DNA of 63,534 bases, filler included, from Rhabdomonas costata (lineage: Eukaryota): NCBI GenBank assembly GCA_019059605.1. It is 46 parts of 46 records of this genome, joined end to end, with 100 filler letters (N's around TTAATTAATTAA, not from the genome) between each part and the next. Parts side by side here need not be neighbours in the genome. Positions count along the whole stretch, not along the records: positions 49,805 to 51,088 come from JAHMHO010020721.1; positions 51,189 to 52,471 come from JAHMHO010020722.1; positions 52,572 to 53,854 come from JAHMHO010020723.1; positions 53,955 to 55,237 come from JAHMHO010020724.1; positions 55,338 to 56,619 come from JAHMHO010020725.1; positions 56,720 to 58,002 come from JAHMHO010020726.1; positions 58,103 to 59,385 come from JAHMHO010020727.1; positions 59,486 to 60,768 come from JAHMHO010020728.1; 38 more parts are not named here. One strand, written 5' to 3'. The position numbers and the translations under genes were made by a program. The notes below the pieces were generated by a model. The model searched no databases, was not told the DNA's origin, and worked only from the letters and a program-made list of their open reading frames with translations. Every line of letters begins with the position of its first letter. Positions within the stretch are counted from its first letter, which is position 1. Shown piece by piece: positions 49,901 to 60,892 of the stretch.

Positions 49901-50173
49901 CACTGAAGGGCGTGTATGTGTGTTTGTATGTCGGGCGCATAGCACTCCAGCTGTTGCCCGAATGGCCATTTGATGACCGCTGTCGAGTGATCAGCGCACG
50001 CGCCGTTGGCTACGGGAAGGTACGGGGAGGTACCTTTGGAGCATGGTGCCGTGCGGCTCCATCCATCGAGAAATCCATAGCTCCCTCCCCCCACCAACAC
50101 AAAACCGTCATAAAACCGCCACAACGCAGCCAGACACAACTCTCCAATCTTACAAAGCAGGGCAGAGGCATAC

Positions 50174-50305
50174 AAATTGGGCGTCCCGGAAGGGGTAGCG
50201 GTGGACGACGTGGCTGAACCACCCCAGCTCCTGAATCCTCCGGCCCACCTGCACCGCCGCCTCTCGGGTCACGGCGTAGCACCGGTACACCAGCCAGTCC
50301 ACGGC
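50174..50305 (-). CDS. DEP domain exon
   Basis: ttccggtag|GCC GTG GAC TGG...CAA TTT|gtatgc, 132 nt, in a frame not in the ORF track: AVDWLVYRCYAVTREAAVQVGRRIQELGWFSHVVHRYPFRDAQF (VDWL...RE.AV..G..I...G...HV.....F.D). Confidence 0.88.
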
Positions 50306-51567
50306 CTACCGGAACACAACAGCACCCGACGAGTGCAAGGGGGTCAAGGCGCACACCCCACTCACACACTTTGGGCCTGTCAAACACGTCAGACTGGCGT
50401 CTGAGGTGTGCCAAAAAAAAAGGCACAGATGCAGGGCCGGGTGGTGTGTGAACGGGGTGACTGATAGACCCGTGTCATCTCAAAGGTGAGAGTTTCCCAC
50501 GCAAACAACAAACGGTCAGACAAAGGAATGTAAAGATGCAGATCAAAATAAATAGTTTCCTTCAGTTGGTATTTTTCTAGGATAAAAACGGCACCCAACT
50601 CACCGATCCATATTCAATGCAAAACACCCACTGAAGCATTTCTTTCAGACAACATGGGTGAAAACGAAAATTTCTTCCCCCCTCGAAATCTCTCTGTGAC
50701 TCCGAAATGACTCCTGTTTTGGAAAAGGCTTGAGTCTTGAGGTGAAAAGGGCAATATCATACCGGACGCGGTACAAAGACAGACGCACGCAAAAAGTAAC
50801 ATGGGGCCAGAAGGGAAAGCGGTGCCCCCACCAAGCAAATCGGCAACGCTGAGCGGGTCACACGAAACCAGTAAGACATGGGCAGAGATGTACGCACACT
50901 AAACCGCAAACTAAACAGCAACGGGCTTGTCGCACCCTCTTCCCCCTTCTGTCGTTACCCCTTCCTCCATGTCAACTTCGAGGGCCAATTCTCACGGGGA
51001 CGGAAGAGAAAGGGGAATGGGGCGGCCAATCGCAGCACGGCGGTGTTCACAAACCCCCACCCCACACGAAATCCATCCTCACGAACCCNNNNNNNNNNNN
51101 NNNNNNNNNNNNNNNNNNNNNNNNNNNNNNNNTTAATTAATTAANNNNNNNNNNNNNNNNNNNNNNNNNNNNNNNNNNNNNNNNNNNNGGTTTTGTTGAA
51201 ATAAAACCAGGCTCAGTGTCACTACTTTAAAAGCGGATCTCCGACTGCGCGCTTCTGTTACCTCTTCTGATCCTTCAACGCTGCCTTGACTGCTGAGGTC
51301 TTCTTCTGTGGTGGAAGGACAAGGGCACAAGTTGGCATGAAGGGCACGGGACGAAAGGACCAAACTAAAATGAAAACAGAAAGTTGTGGGAGGCAACAAA
51401 ACCGTTAGGAGGGGGAGAAAAAGCACGTGCGATGGATGGGAAGACACCAGCGTTGAATTTCGGAGACGTTATATCCTTGTCCTCGTTTCTTTGTTTCGCG
51501 ATCTAAAAAAAAATCGCGACCAAAAGCCCAAACGAATGCTCCATTTGGTGTTGCCCCCTGTCCCCAG

Positions 51568-52438
51568 GCACAAGAGGCCGAGGCGGAGAAGGAGAAGGGC
51601 AATGCCTTTTACAAGAGCAAGGAGTTCGATAAGGTGTGTTTCGGAATGCAGCGCATGTATACCTTTCTCTTTTGTATTCCCCATGTTCTTTCCCCCACCC
51701 TATCTGTCTTCGTTTTGGGGCAACGGCAGGCCATTGAGTGCTACGACCGTGCGCTGGAGCTGTGCCCGGAGAACATTGTGTACCTCATCAACAAGGCGGC
51801 GGTGTTTCTGGAGCAGCAGAACTACGACGAGTGCGTCAAGATCTGCGACGAGGCTGTCGAGAAGGGGCGATCCTCCCGCGCGGACGTCAAAACCATTGCC
51901 AAGTGTGTGTGCGTGTGTGCGTGTGTGTGTGTGTGCGTGCGTCCGTGCATCCTTGCGTCAGTCCGTGCGTGAGTGCGTGAGTGCGTGCGTGCGTGAGAGA
52001 GCGAGCGAGAGAGATGGAGGGAGGGAGTGTATGTGTGTGTGTGTCTCGTGCCCCAGGGACCAGTGTCACGGTACTACCAGTGTTGTGCTTGAAAGTAAAT
52101 TCCGTGCAGTTCTTTTCCAAATGAGCGTCTTTCACACTGAAAGTCAGATCTTCATTGCGACACATGACTACCTCTTTTTCCCCTTCATACCTGATTATTG
52201 GACTTCACAGAATCCGCAAAACATCTTCCTTTCGATTTTTCGAGAATGAGCTTCCGCCTTTCTTTCGGGCTTCACACCACTTCCACGAATGGACGCAGTG
52301 GGACTCTGCCTGGGTAGGGCTCTGGCAAGAAAAGGCTCTGCCTTGCACAAGCTGAAGAAGTTCGACGACGCCATTGCCGCGTTCAAGTCCTCTCTTATGG
52401 AGCACCGCGTGGCGGACACCTTGAACAAGCTGAATGCG
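51568..52438 (+). CDS. STI1: STI1/HOP Hsp70-Hsp90 organising protein, TPR2A region; exons 51568-51633, 51730-51902, 52318-52438
   Basis: AQEAEAEKEKGNAFYKSKEFDK/AIECYDRALELCPENIVYLINKAAVFLEQQNYDECVKICDEAVEKGRSSRADVKTIAK/ALARKGSALHKLKKFDDAIAAFKSSLMEHRVADTLNKLNA; phases 0 and 2 are consistent. Confidence 0.95.
51903..52012 (+). repeat. Compound (GT)n/(GCGT)n/(GA)n microsatellite starting at an intron donor
   Basis: Seen directly. Confidence 0.85.
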
Positions 52439-52895
52439 GTGCTTTCCTCCCCTCTTCCCTGCCACACCAACNNNNNNNNNNNNNNNNNNNNNNNNNNNNN
52501 NNNNNNNNNNNNNNNTTAATTAATTAANNNNNNNNNNNNNNNNNNNNNNNNNNNNNNNNNNNNNNNNNNNNACTTTTAAATTCGCGCTTCCGTATAAGCC
52601 TAATTTTTTTGGTTGGCACTTAAGATCCGAAGCAAGTTGGAGGGTGAACTGATCAAAGATGCCGACTCTGAATTTACCATCGGGATGGTGAATTCTGGCA
52701 CATCCCCCACACCAACAATTGACGTACACCGCACTCTTAGACGTGAATTCAGGCAAGAGATTCTCGTTTTTGTGAGGTGTCATTAGTTCAGATTGATTTG
52801 TTGAACTCGCTTGAGGGTTCAGGTGCTTCGCGTGTCTTCTCTTCAACTCAACGGCAGTTGCTCCTTTCTTTATCGAGTAGCTTTCGTCGACACGG

Positions 52896-53854
52896 ATGAG
52901 TGCTGCTTCCAGTTGCATCATATGTGCGGCTTCTTCTGTCGAGTCCCGCCTTGAGTGTGGTCTCTGCGCAAAAGGCTCTCCAATCACTCCGGACGACCTT
53001 TTTGCATTTGGATCCACCAACAGGTCAGCAGAACCATTGGACGCTTTGCTTGCAGAACACTCCTTGTCCTCAACCAGTGAGCGGAACGATTGCTGGCACA
53101 CGTGCCACCTTCTGAGCAAGGCGGAGTGCCAAGCGTTTTGCGAAGCCCTTGACCAGCACTTGCATCACTCAACGTCTCAAGGGGAAGCGGCGCAGGTTCT
53201 TCCGACGATTTTTCATGAAACCGGGGCCTCGGTTTCTGTTCTTGGGGCGAAAAAGTTTTGTTCATTTGTGATTTCCTCGCGGGTCAACCCCACTTTTGAG
53301 CGGTGGTCTCCCAGCACCGGTACTCGAGGCCGTCTTTGTGAGCGGGACTTCTACGCCTTTGTTGTGAGGTGCAGTCCGGAGGAGGGTAGTTCAGCGCCAT
53401 GGCATATCGACGAAAGCTACCTGACTGTGAACATTCTGCTTCAGGTTTCGCAAGGAGAGCATATCTTGGAGTTTGAAAAGTTGAATAGGTCTTCTCAGCA
53501 GGTGCGGCTGGGTTGTGAGGGCGACGCGGTGATGCATTTCGGCTCCGTTCCTCATCGCACACCGAGCCCAGCGCCTGGTCTCTGCCGAACCTCTCTGATT
53601 CTATACCTTCAGCCCGCAAGGGATACGTCCAAGGGGATACAACGGTGCCCGCATGAGAGCAAAGCGACGTTTTTCCAGCGCTACGAGCACTACATTTCTC
53701 AGCAGGCCCGTTCTGAAGAGTTGTGCCTTGGCTTTCCACTTGCTCCTTCGGTTTGGTCTGAGAGGGGTTCGCCAGAAGAAAATCTCAAGGTGAACTTCAG
53801 TACCGATTGCACAGTTGTGACTGCCTGGTTCGAAGTTATGGACGTGGTACCACA
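52896..53854 (+). CDS. 2OG-Fe(II) oxygenase (PLOD/P4H C-terminal-like) with N-terminal CxxC...CxxC, 3' truncated
   Basis: Open frame of ~320 codons; AFVVRCSP....APWHIDESYLTVNILL...GDAVMHFGSVPHRT.......RTSLILY supplies HxD...H...RxS. Confidence 0.8.
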
Positions 53855-53954
53855 NNNNNNNNNNNNNNNNNNNNNNNNNNNNNNNNNNNNNNNNNNNNTT
53901 AATTAATTAANNNNNNNNNNNNNNNNNNNNNNNNNNNNNNNNNNNNNNNNNNNN

Positions 53955-54132
53955 TGGGTTGGTGGAGAGCTTTTGCTTGCCAGTGGACGCCCAGCAATTT
54001 GTCCCACCCCTCCGACCCCTCGGAGTGGGGGGAGGCAAACAGCCGCACAGTCCGTGAGCCCACGCCGCTGCGCAGAGCACACGAAGCACAACGGTCAAGT
54101 GCTGCACGTGATGCACTCAGGACGCCCCTCAT
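53955..54132 (-). CDS. N-terminus of a probable mitochondrion-targeted protein
   Basis: acaacaATG; MRGVLSASRAALDRCASCALRSGVGSRTVRLFASPHSEG is R/S/A/L-rich, nearly acid-free, with an RLF/AS cleavage-like motif. Confidence 0.5.
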
Positions 54133-54922
54133 TGTTGTCGCCCAGCACCCAAGCAGGCTCTGCCGGCTTGCAAAGAAGACCGACCAACGGAGAGAGAAGG
54201 GAATTGATCGCAGAGGAAAGGAGACAACCTCACGACCTACCGCGGCATAGAAACAAATTAAGGAACGTCCAAAAGGCCGAGGCAAAGTCCTTTGAAAATA
54301 TGCCAGGAAGAGAGGAGAAAATTTGGTCCACGTCAATTGGAACCTCATGGACTCGAACAATGACCGCTCGGGAAAATCTTAACAGGGAGATTCACTTCAA
54401 AAGTGGGCGAACAAAAGATAACAGAAAAAACCCTAACGAAAAGTCCTCGGCAAGAATCAAATCCGCGAGGCGTAAAAAGCTTAATCATCTTGGACATTCT
54501 TGCAATCTTGGAATCCGAGGGGCACGTGCATCAATCACTAACACTGTAAACCCTGCATCGGAATACCGGGGGAGGGGAAGCCCACTATCTCGTCACCGAA
54601 CTCATCCCTGAGAGCGACTACTAATGGTATAAGCAACCCCCCACCCGCAAGTGTCATTGAACCTAGGTCTTCAATTTGTATCTCAACTAACTTTGTAGTG
54701 AGTGACAGGTTGCGACCATAACGAATGCTGCAGTACGAGTATGAACAGAGCATGGCTGCCGAGTGGTTGTCCGTCGCTAATCCGCGGGAAAAAAGTAGGC
54801 ACGGCAACGGCACGGTCCCACAGCAGGTATCCTTTGCAATTCCGCCTAACTTCCCTAACTCCACACAAAGGAACGCAGAGCCCGTCATCATGGAGGAGCT
54901 CACAGCTCCGCACACAAGAACC

Positions 54923-55047
54923 TCAGGACACGGCATAGAGAACACCCCTCGGCACTGGCAAAAGGAAATCGGCCCTCCCCCGAGCAGAGCTCCCGCCGAA
55001 TTCAGAGGGAGCAACGCAGACTCCATCAAAAAGAGGCAAGAGAAGCC
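54923..55047 (-). CDS. Possible terminal exon of an upstream, co-oriented gene
   Basis: gtctctccctcag|GG CTT... gives LLLPLFDGVCVAPSEFGGSSARGRADFLLPVPRGVLYAVS*. Confidence 0.35.
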
Positions 55048-57269
55048 CTGAGGGAGAGACAGTGGCTGAGTGACTGAGTGATTGCACGAAAGGGAAAGAC
55101 GAAACTTGAGGTGCGCGATCGAGAAAGAGACACAGAGAGAACAGCGTACTTGGAGGGACCAAGGCCCTCACAGGACCCGTGTGTGTGACCCCCTCCTCAT
55201 CCGTGAAAACGCCATGTGCAAGAGGTCCCCCAACCACNNNNNNNNNNNNNNNNNNNNNNNNNNNNNNNNNNNNNNNNNNNNTTAATTAATTAANNNNNNN
55301 NNNNNNNNNNNNNNNNNNNNNNNNNNNNNNNNNNNNNGTTTTTGGTGCAGCACTGCTCTGCTCCATTTAAAACGTGAAGCCATCTTCGCTGGAAACGGGG
55401 TGCTTCTTTTTTCTTCACGAAGGGTTTCGCCACGCGAGCGCGTTTTCGTTGTTTGCGTGTCTGGCAATCATGTGTTTCCTCAGAGGAGTGACTAGGACTC
55501 AGGAAGCAGCTTCCTTTTGTGCGGCTTTTGTGAAGGGGATCCTCCCACAACCGGCAAACATAATCCCGTACAAAGGGTGAAATGTGAGAGGTTCTCGAAG
55601 GTGGTGCCTAAATGAATTGCAATCCAGCTGGAAACGGGCTGCGGTACGGCGCCAAAGTGGTCTTCAGCCTTTCCCTGTGTCTCTGTTCTTTGTCAGCGGC
55701 GGAAAAAGCGGACGTGGTTGCGATCCTCTGCCGCGGCTTTCAGTGCTCCTCTCGGCAACTCTTCCGCGGTGCCCCCTCCCCGCCCACCCCAGCCGCTGTC
55801 ACGGAGGCTACCACGCCTCTATCCCGAGCTGACGCCTCAGAAGGTCACTGCAGTTCGCTCTTTTTCTCTTGCGCTTCGGTTTATTCCTAAACTTCCAGAT
55901 GTTGCCACATCGAATGTGAAACAAAATGCGGCTGAGCTTTCCAAAGGGACGTCTTATGAAGGTCTGGAGAAGTCAGAGCATCAATATCATGCCGAGCGGG
56001 TGCAGTGGTCTCACCAGAACACCGCATTGGGCATTTGTTGTTTTTGAAGTATTTTCAAAGGTGTCTGACGTGATCGGGGGTGTGTATATGGGATCCTCTG
56101 ACGTCTTCTCCCGTGGTTCAGAGTTTATCAGGAAACGCTGATTAGCTTGTTGAAGGGTTACCATTGAGTCAGCTTGTGCCCGTTCCAGAGCCACTACTTC
56201 GCAAAAAAAAAAAGCTCACCGCTATTTTTCCGTTTCCACCCCCACCCCCCACTTAACCCTTCGATGCACACGTACCTCGTGTTGTTATGGGAGCAGGAGA
56301 CTTAAGTGGGGCCGGAGGGGGCGCCGTTTGGGGCGACCCTCGCCGCGACAAGGGGGACAACCCGCGCCGGAAGTCCTTCGACGAGGCTGCAGAGTCGCTG
56401 GGAGGCACCCCGTTTGCCTCCGAACCGGCCATCTTGCTCTCCACGTTCACGGAGCGAATGCGGCGCTCCACAGTGAAGTATATGTCTCTCTTCTTCTTCA
56501 GCAGGGCATCCCCACAGCAATGAATACGCAGTCCAGAATGCTGCCCACAGAGAGGGAGTACTACTTGAGCCCTCACCCAATCACATCAAACCCCCACCCC
56601 ACACAACCACACCCCAACCNNNNNNNNNNNNNNNNNNNNNNNNNNNNNNNNNNNNNNNNNNNNTTAATTAATTAANNNNNNNNNNNNNNNNNNNNNNNNN
56701 NNNNNNNNNNNNNNNNNNNGGTTTTTTTTGGAACATAGCACGGCCGCGCTCTAGATTCATCATAGAATACAGAAAACCTTGCGCTCGCTTCTTTCACGAA
56801 CAGTTGTTCGCACCACGGTTCCAAAACGTGTGCGGTGCGTCCCGCTTCCACCAATTATTTCCGCCTGCGGGGCTGAACAACGGTAAGGTTCCGCCACTCC
56901 GCGATGCCTGGTCAGGTCTTCACGGTTTCTCTGTGCTGTACAGTGTGCCTTATTGGCTGGCATTCTTGCAGTACACACACTTCCCACAACACCCAATAGT
57001 CACAGCCTGGCTGCGCAAGAGACTCTCTTCTTTGCACCAACGCAACCAAGGGCGACAAACCACAGAGCTGCTCACGGTGGGGGGAGGCCGTGCAAGCTCA
57101 CCACGAAGCAGATTAATTGGGATACACAGGAAATTTTTCGAGGATATTTTCATAGGTCAGTGAGAATCCACCCCTGCCCCCCACGAAAACAAGGCAGTGG
57201 ACGAGAGAACACGACAAGGAAAGGGAATGGTTGCCATTTTTTTTGGGAGGGGGGGACCAGAGCCAAGAC

Positions 57270-57461
57270 CTCATCCTCATCCTCGTCTTCGTCGGAGTCC
57301 AAGTCATAATCCGAGTCCGCGCGGCTGGAGGCGGAGGTGTAGTCGGACTCGGAGAGCAGGCTTTGGCGAGCACTGGACGACGCCGACGGGAGCTCCCTCG
57401 GGGTGCCATCGGCGGGCCCAGGGTCATGGGAAGGCAGAAGGGCGAAGGCACTGATCTCCGT
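57270..57461 (-). CDS. Probable exon of a Ser/acidic low-complexity protein
   Basis: gtgtgcag|ACG GAG...GAT GAG|gtcttg, 192 nt; ends in SDYDLDSDEDEDEDE. Confidence 0.4.
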
Positions 57462-58102
57462 CTGCACACTTTGGGAATGCGCGCACCCTAGCGCTGTGCC
57501 CATGGTTCACAAAAAACCCGTGAAGTCTTTATGAACAGTAATAAAGGCGTAAAAAAAACGACCGAAGCATCACAAGGGGCCAAACAAGCAAAGTACATGT
57601 AAAGTACATTGTTGCAACGAAGATAAGTTTACATCAGATTCGACAAAAGACCACTCTTTACGGCAGCGGTCCATCCGGTCACGTCACCGGGAGCAAGTCG
57701 TCTTCTGTCAGAGGTGGGAATTGCTCTCCTCGCGCGGCTCGCAAATACGCGATTCATTTCCCAAGCAACACGGACAGACATAAAGTATCAAGCGGAAGCC
57801 AGAATACAGAACGTACCCTGCTGCCCGCACAGCGCTCTTTCGGGACCCCATCTCCTCAATGATCTTACGAAGGTCTTCAATCTCGCGCTGGGGATGCGTA
57901 CACGCTCACTTACCTCATCGGATAACAACAAAACCATGCTATGTGGTATCTTTCTCACACAGCCACACTTTCGCTAAGGTTGAGGCAAATCTGGGATCCG
58001 ATNNNNNNNNNNNNNNNNNNNNNNNNNNNNNNNNNNNNNNNNNNNNTTAATTAATTAANNNNNNNNNNNNNNNNNNNNNNNNNNNNNNNNNNNNNNNNNN
58101 NN

Positions 58103-59371
58103 CTGGTCGAGCTGGGTCGCATGGGCCTGAGCATGACCCGCGATGGCCTGCAGTCCCTGCATTCAGGTTTCATCGAAAACTCACCCCCTTCCCATTCTCC
58201 TTCTCTGTGCGTGCTATCATGAGCAACCGACGTTCGCATCAATTTTTGGCCCCAACCGGCGGACGTCACTGGGAACGGTCCGTAAAGAGAAGTCTCTAGA
58301 GGATAATTTCGTCTATTTTCGGCCACGCTTGTTCGCCTTAGAGGTCAGATGAAATCCGTTGAGAGGCTGTCCATCCTTCTTTCGTTCGCATGAGCCACAC
58401 TTAATCTTAGATTCAGAAATTAGTGTGAGTTCAACCAGGTGAGGTTCTATTTTCGCTTCTCTCTGGTGAGGGTCAGGAGTATTCGCATCAAAGTCGTGAG
58501 CATGTATACAATTTTTCGTGAGCCATTGCTTGCATCGCAGGCACGGATGTCAATTTATTTGTGGCGCGTGGGCGGAGGTGCTAATCTAATTCATTGCTCA
58601 CAGGAACGCATGCTGGATTCCGTCTGGCAGAGAAGGGTGCCCGCGCAGGGTTCCGCATCGGACGGTGGATGGCGCGCCAGCCAGGCGACTCGCTGTCCTG
58701 GGTGGTGTGTACTTATTACGTAGTACGGTAGTGTTATTTGAGTTGAATGTCTGTCATGTACAAGTTTTTCCTGTTGGACCATGTTTTAAACTATTCATAA
58801 TATTTGAAACGTGGAGCTCAATGTCGATGCGACATCAGAACCAGGCAGCCCAAAAACACAACAACCATTAACCTACTTCCTCATTCTTTAAGAGCCCTCC
58901 CTGGGTGACGCTCCTCGGCTCATAAGGGGACGTCCTCCTCCTCAACGCACAACGCCTTCCTCCCCAACGGTAATTCTGGCCAGTGTCACGCACCAATGAT
59001 GGGTTTATAACGGTTTCGTCGACACCGTGTGGCCGTTTTTTTAAGTATCGCGGGCCAATAAAACTTGGATACGAGATTTTTCCTGGGACCAAATGCCAAT
59101 GGTATCTTTGTTTTCTTTTGCTGCCCAGCTGCTTCTCTCCAGCGCAAGCACACAGCCAAGGAATCTTCTTCTCCCATTCCTTGCACAAAAGGTTGGCTTT
59201 CAAGACTTCATCCGGAAAGTGGACACCACCATGGACCTGGCGGAGGAGGTAACCCTGGGAGCCATGAAATGCGCCGAAAATGCCACGTCGATCGGGCTGT
59301 CCACCTCCGACAAAGTGCTGAAGGCCATGGGCGTCGAGGAAGGCGAGCTGTTTCGCCAGCTGAATGTTTGA
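58103..59371 (+). CDS. Unknown amphipathic-helical protein; exons <58103-58166, 58604-58701, 59192-~59371
   Basis: Phase-compatible GT-AG joins: LVELGRMGLSMTRDGLQSLHS/GTHAGFRLAEKGARAGFRIGRWMARQPGDSLSW/VGFQDFIRKVDTTMDLAEEVTLGAMKCAENATSIGLSTSDKVLKAMGVEEGELFRQL. Confidence 0.5.
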
Positions 59372-60892
59372 TTTCCCCCACAACCNNNNNNNNNNNNNNN
59401 NNNNNNNNNNNNNNNNNNNNNNNNNNNNNTTAATTAATTAANNNNNNNNNNNNNNNNNNNNNNNNNNNNNNNNNNNNNNNNNNNNGTGTGTGGGGGTGGG
59501 CAAAATTTCAAGACTCACAGTTCCCGGGCTGGAGCGAGAAGGCCCTTCAGAAGAACGTAGCCATCATAAGCCCACTCGAAACCTGACAGAGCCACTGCAA
59601 AACCAGCACCAGCCGAATCTATTCCACACCGCATCTTCACTCCCGGAGAGTTGCCGTTGGCGGGAGGGGGGTATGGGATCCTGCTCCTGAAACCCTGTAC
59701 CCGCTGCCGAGGACACTGTTAGGCGGTTGAGTGTACTGATCAGTTGAAGAGCCTCTCCCATTCCACCAAGATTGCTCGTTGGGCAACGACTCGGACTTCC
59801 ATGGAAGGATTGCAGGGAGTGCTGTGTACCAGTAAATTGACCGCTTCTCTGCCCGCTCACAGTGGACCGCCCCACCCTAAATTCGGTTCCACTGAAGCAC
59901 GGGAGCAACAGGCAAGCTCCGTTTGCATAACACAAGAAAGTCAAAACAAAAAGAACTCCACCACTAGACACAAAAATCCGCTGGGCTTTTTGAAAAGAAA
60001 CAGATCCCTGGACTTCGAGGACCCTTCCCACACCGCCAGCAGAACGTGCGCTGTCTGTCACAGGGAACCACCTCTGACTTCAGAGAGTTGCTGGAGGCAG
60101 TGGAGCTGACGAGGCCCAACGAATACGGGATCTGTCCGGGCTGCAAAGGTACCTCTCCACTGTCCCTGTTGACTTTTGGGCTTGCGCACACAGACGTATA
60201 CACTGAGATCAAGCACTTGGGCTCGACGTTCTGTTTCCTGTTACGTACTTTTGCTAGTGTTCTCCCAGCGAATTCCTGCAACGCCATTGGCTGCCTCATA
60301 CAAACATATCCACTCGCCAACAGCAATCAGTGCTTTATGCGACCAAAATAAACTACACCCACTCACAATTTCACTCCCACGTTCCGCGAAACTTTTAGGT
60401 AGGGGCTATCTGTTTTTTAATTGTGGGAATTTTTTCGAAAATTAGTCACGACCGATTACGCGTCGCTCGAAAAAAGCGTTTCTGCGCCTTTAACGGTCAT
60501 TGTGAGAGTAGCAGTCACCTCGAGTCCCTTCCATCAGCGTTGTTCACTGTGCTGGAGAACTGTGCAGTCAGTGGAAATTGTCGTGGAAAAAAGGAGAGGC
60601 ACGAACGGTGTAATCCTGCACCGCCGTTTGTTCAGGTCTTAAAAATCGAACTTCGAATTAATCACTCTAAAAAACGCTCCCCCTTTTTTGGATGGGAGGG
60701 GGGGCTTCAGAGTTCACTTCGAGGGAGCGGTACGCCGAAAATCACATCAAGAGGTGCTCCACAAAACCNNNNNNNNNNNNNNNNNNNNNNNNNNNNNNNN
60801 NNNNNNNNNNNNTTAATTAATTAANNNNNNNNNNNNNNNNNNNNNNNNNNNNNNNNNNNNNNNNNNNNGGTTTTGGTGTGAACTTTTTTTAG

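Noticed and set aside
51386..52249. 287-aa plus-strand ORF
   Set aside because: It runs out of frame through STI1 exons, introns and a microsatellite.
52572..53119. Minus-strand ORF of over 180 aa overlapping the oxygenase
   Set aside because: No motif is recognisable, and it overlaps a better-supported plus-strand ORF.
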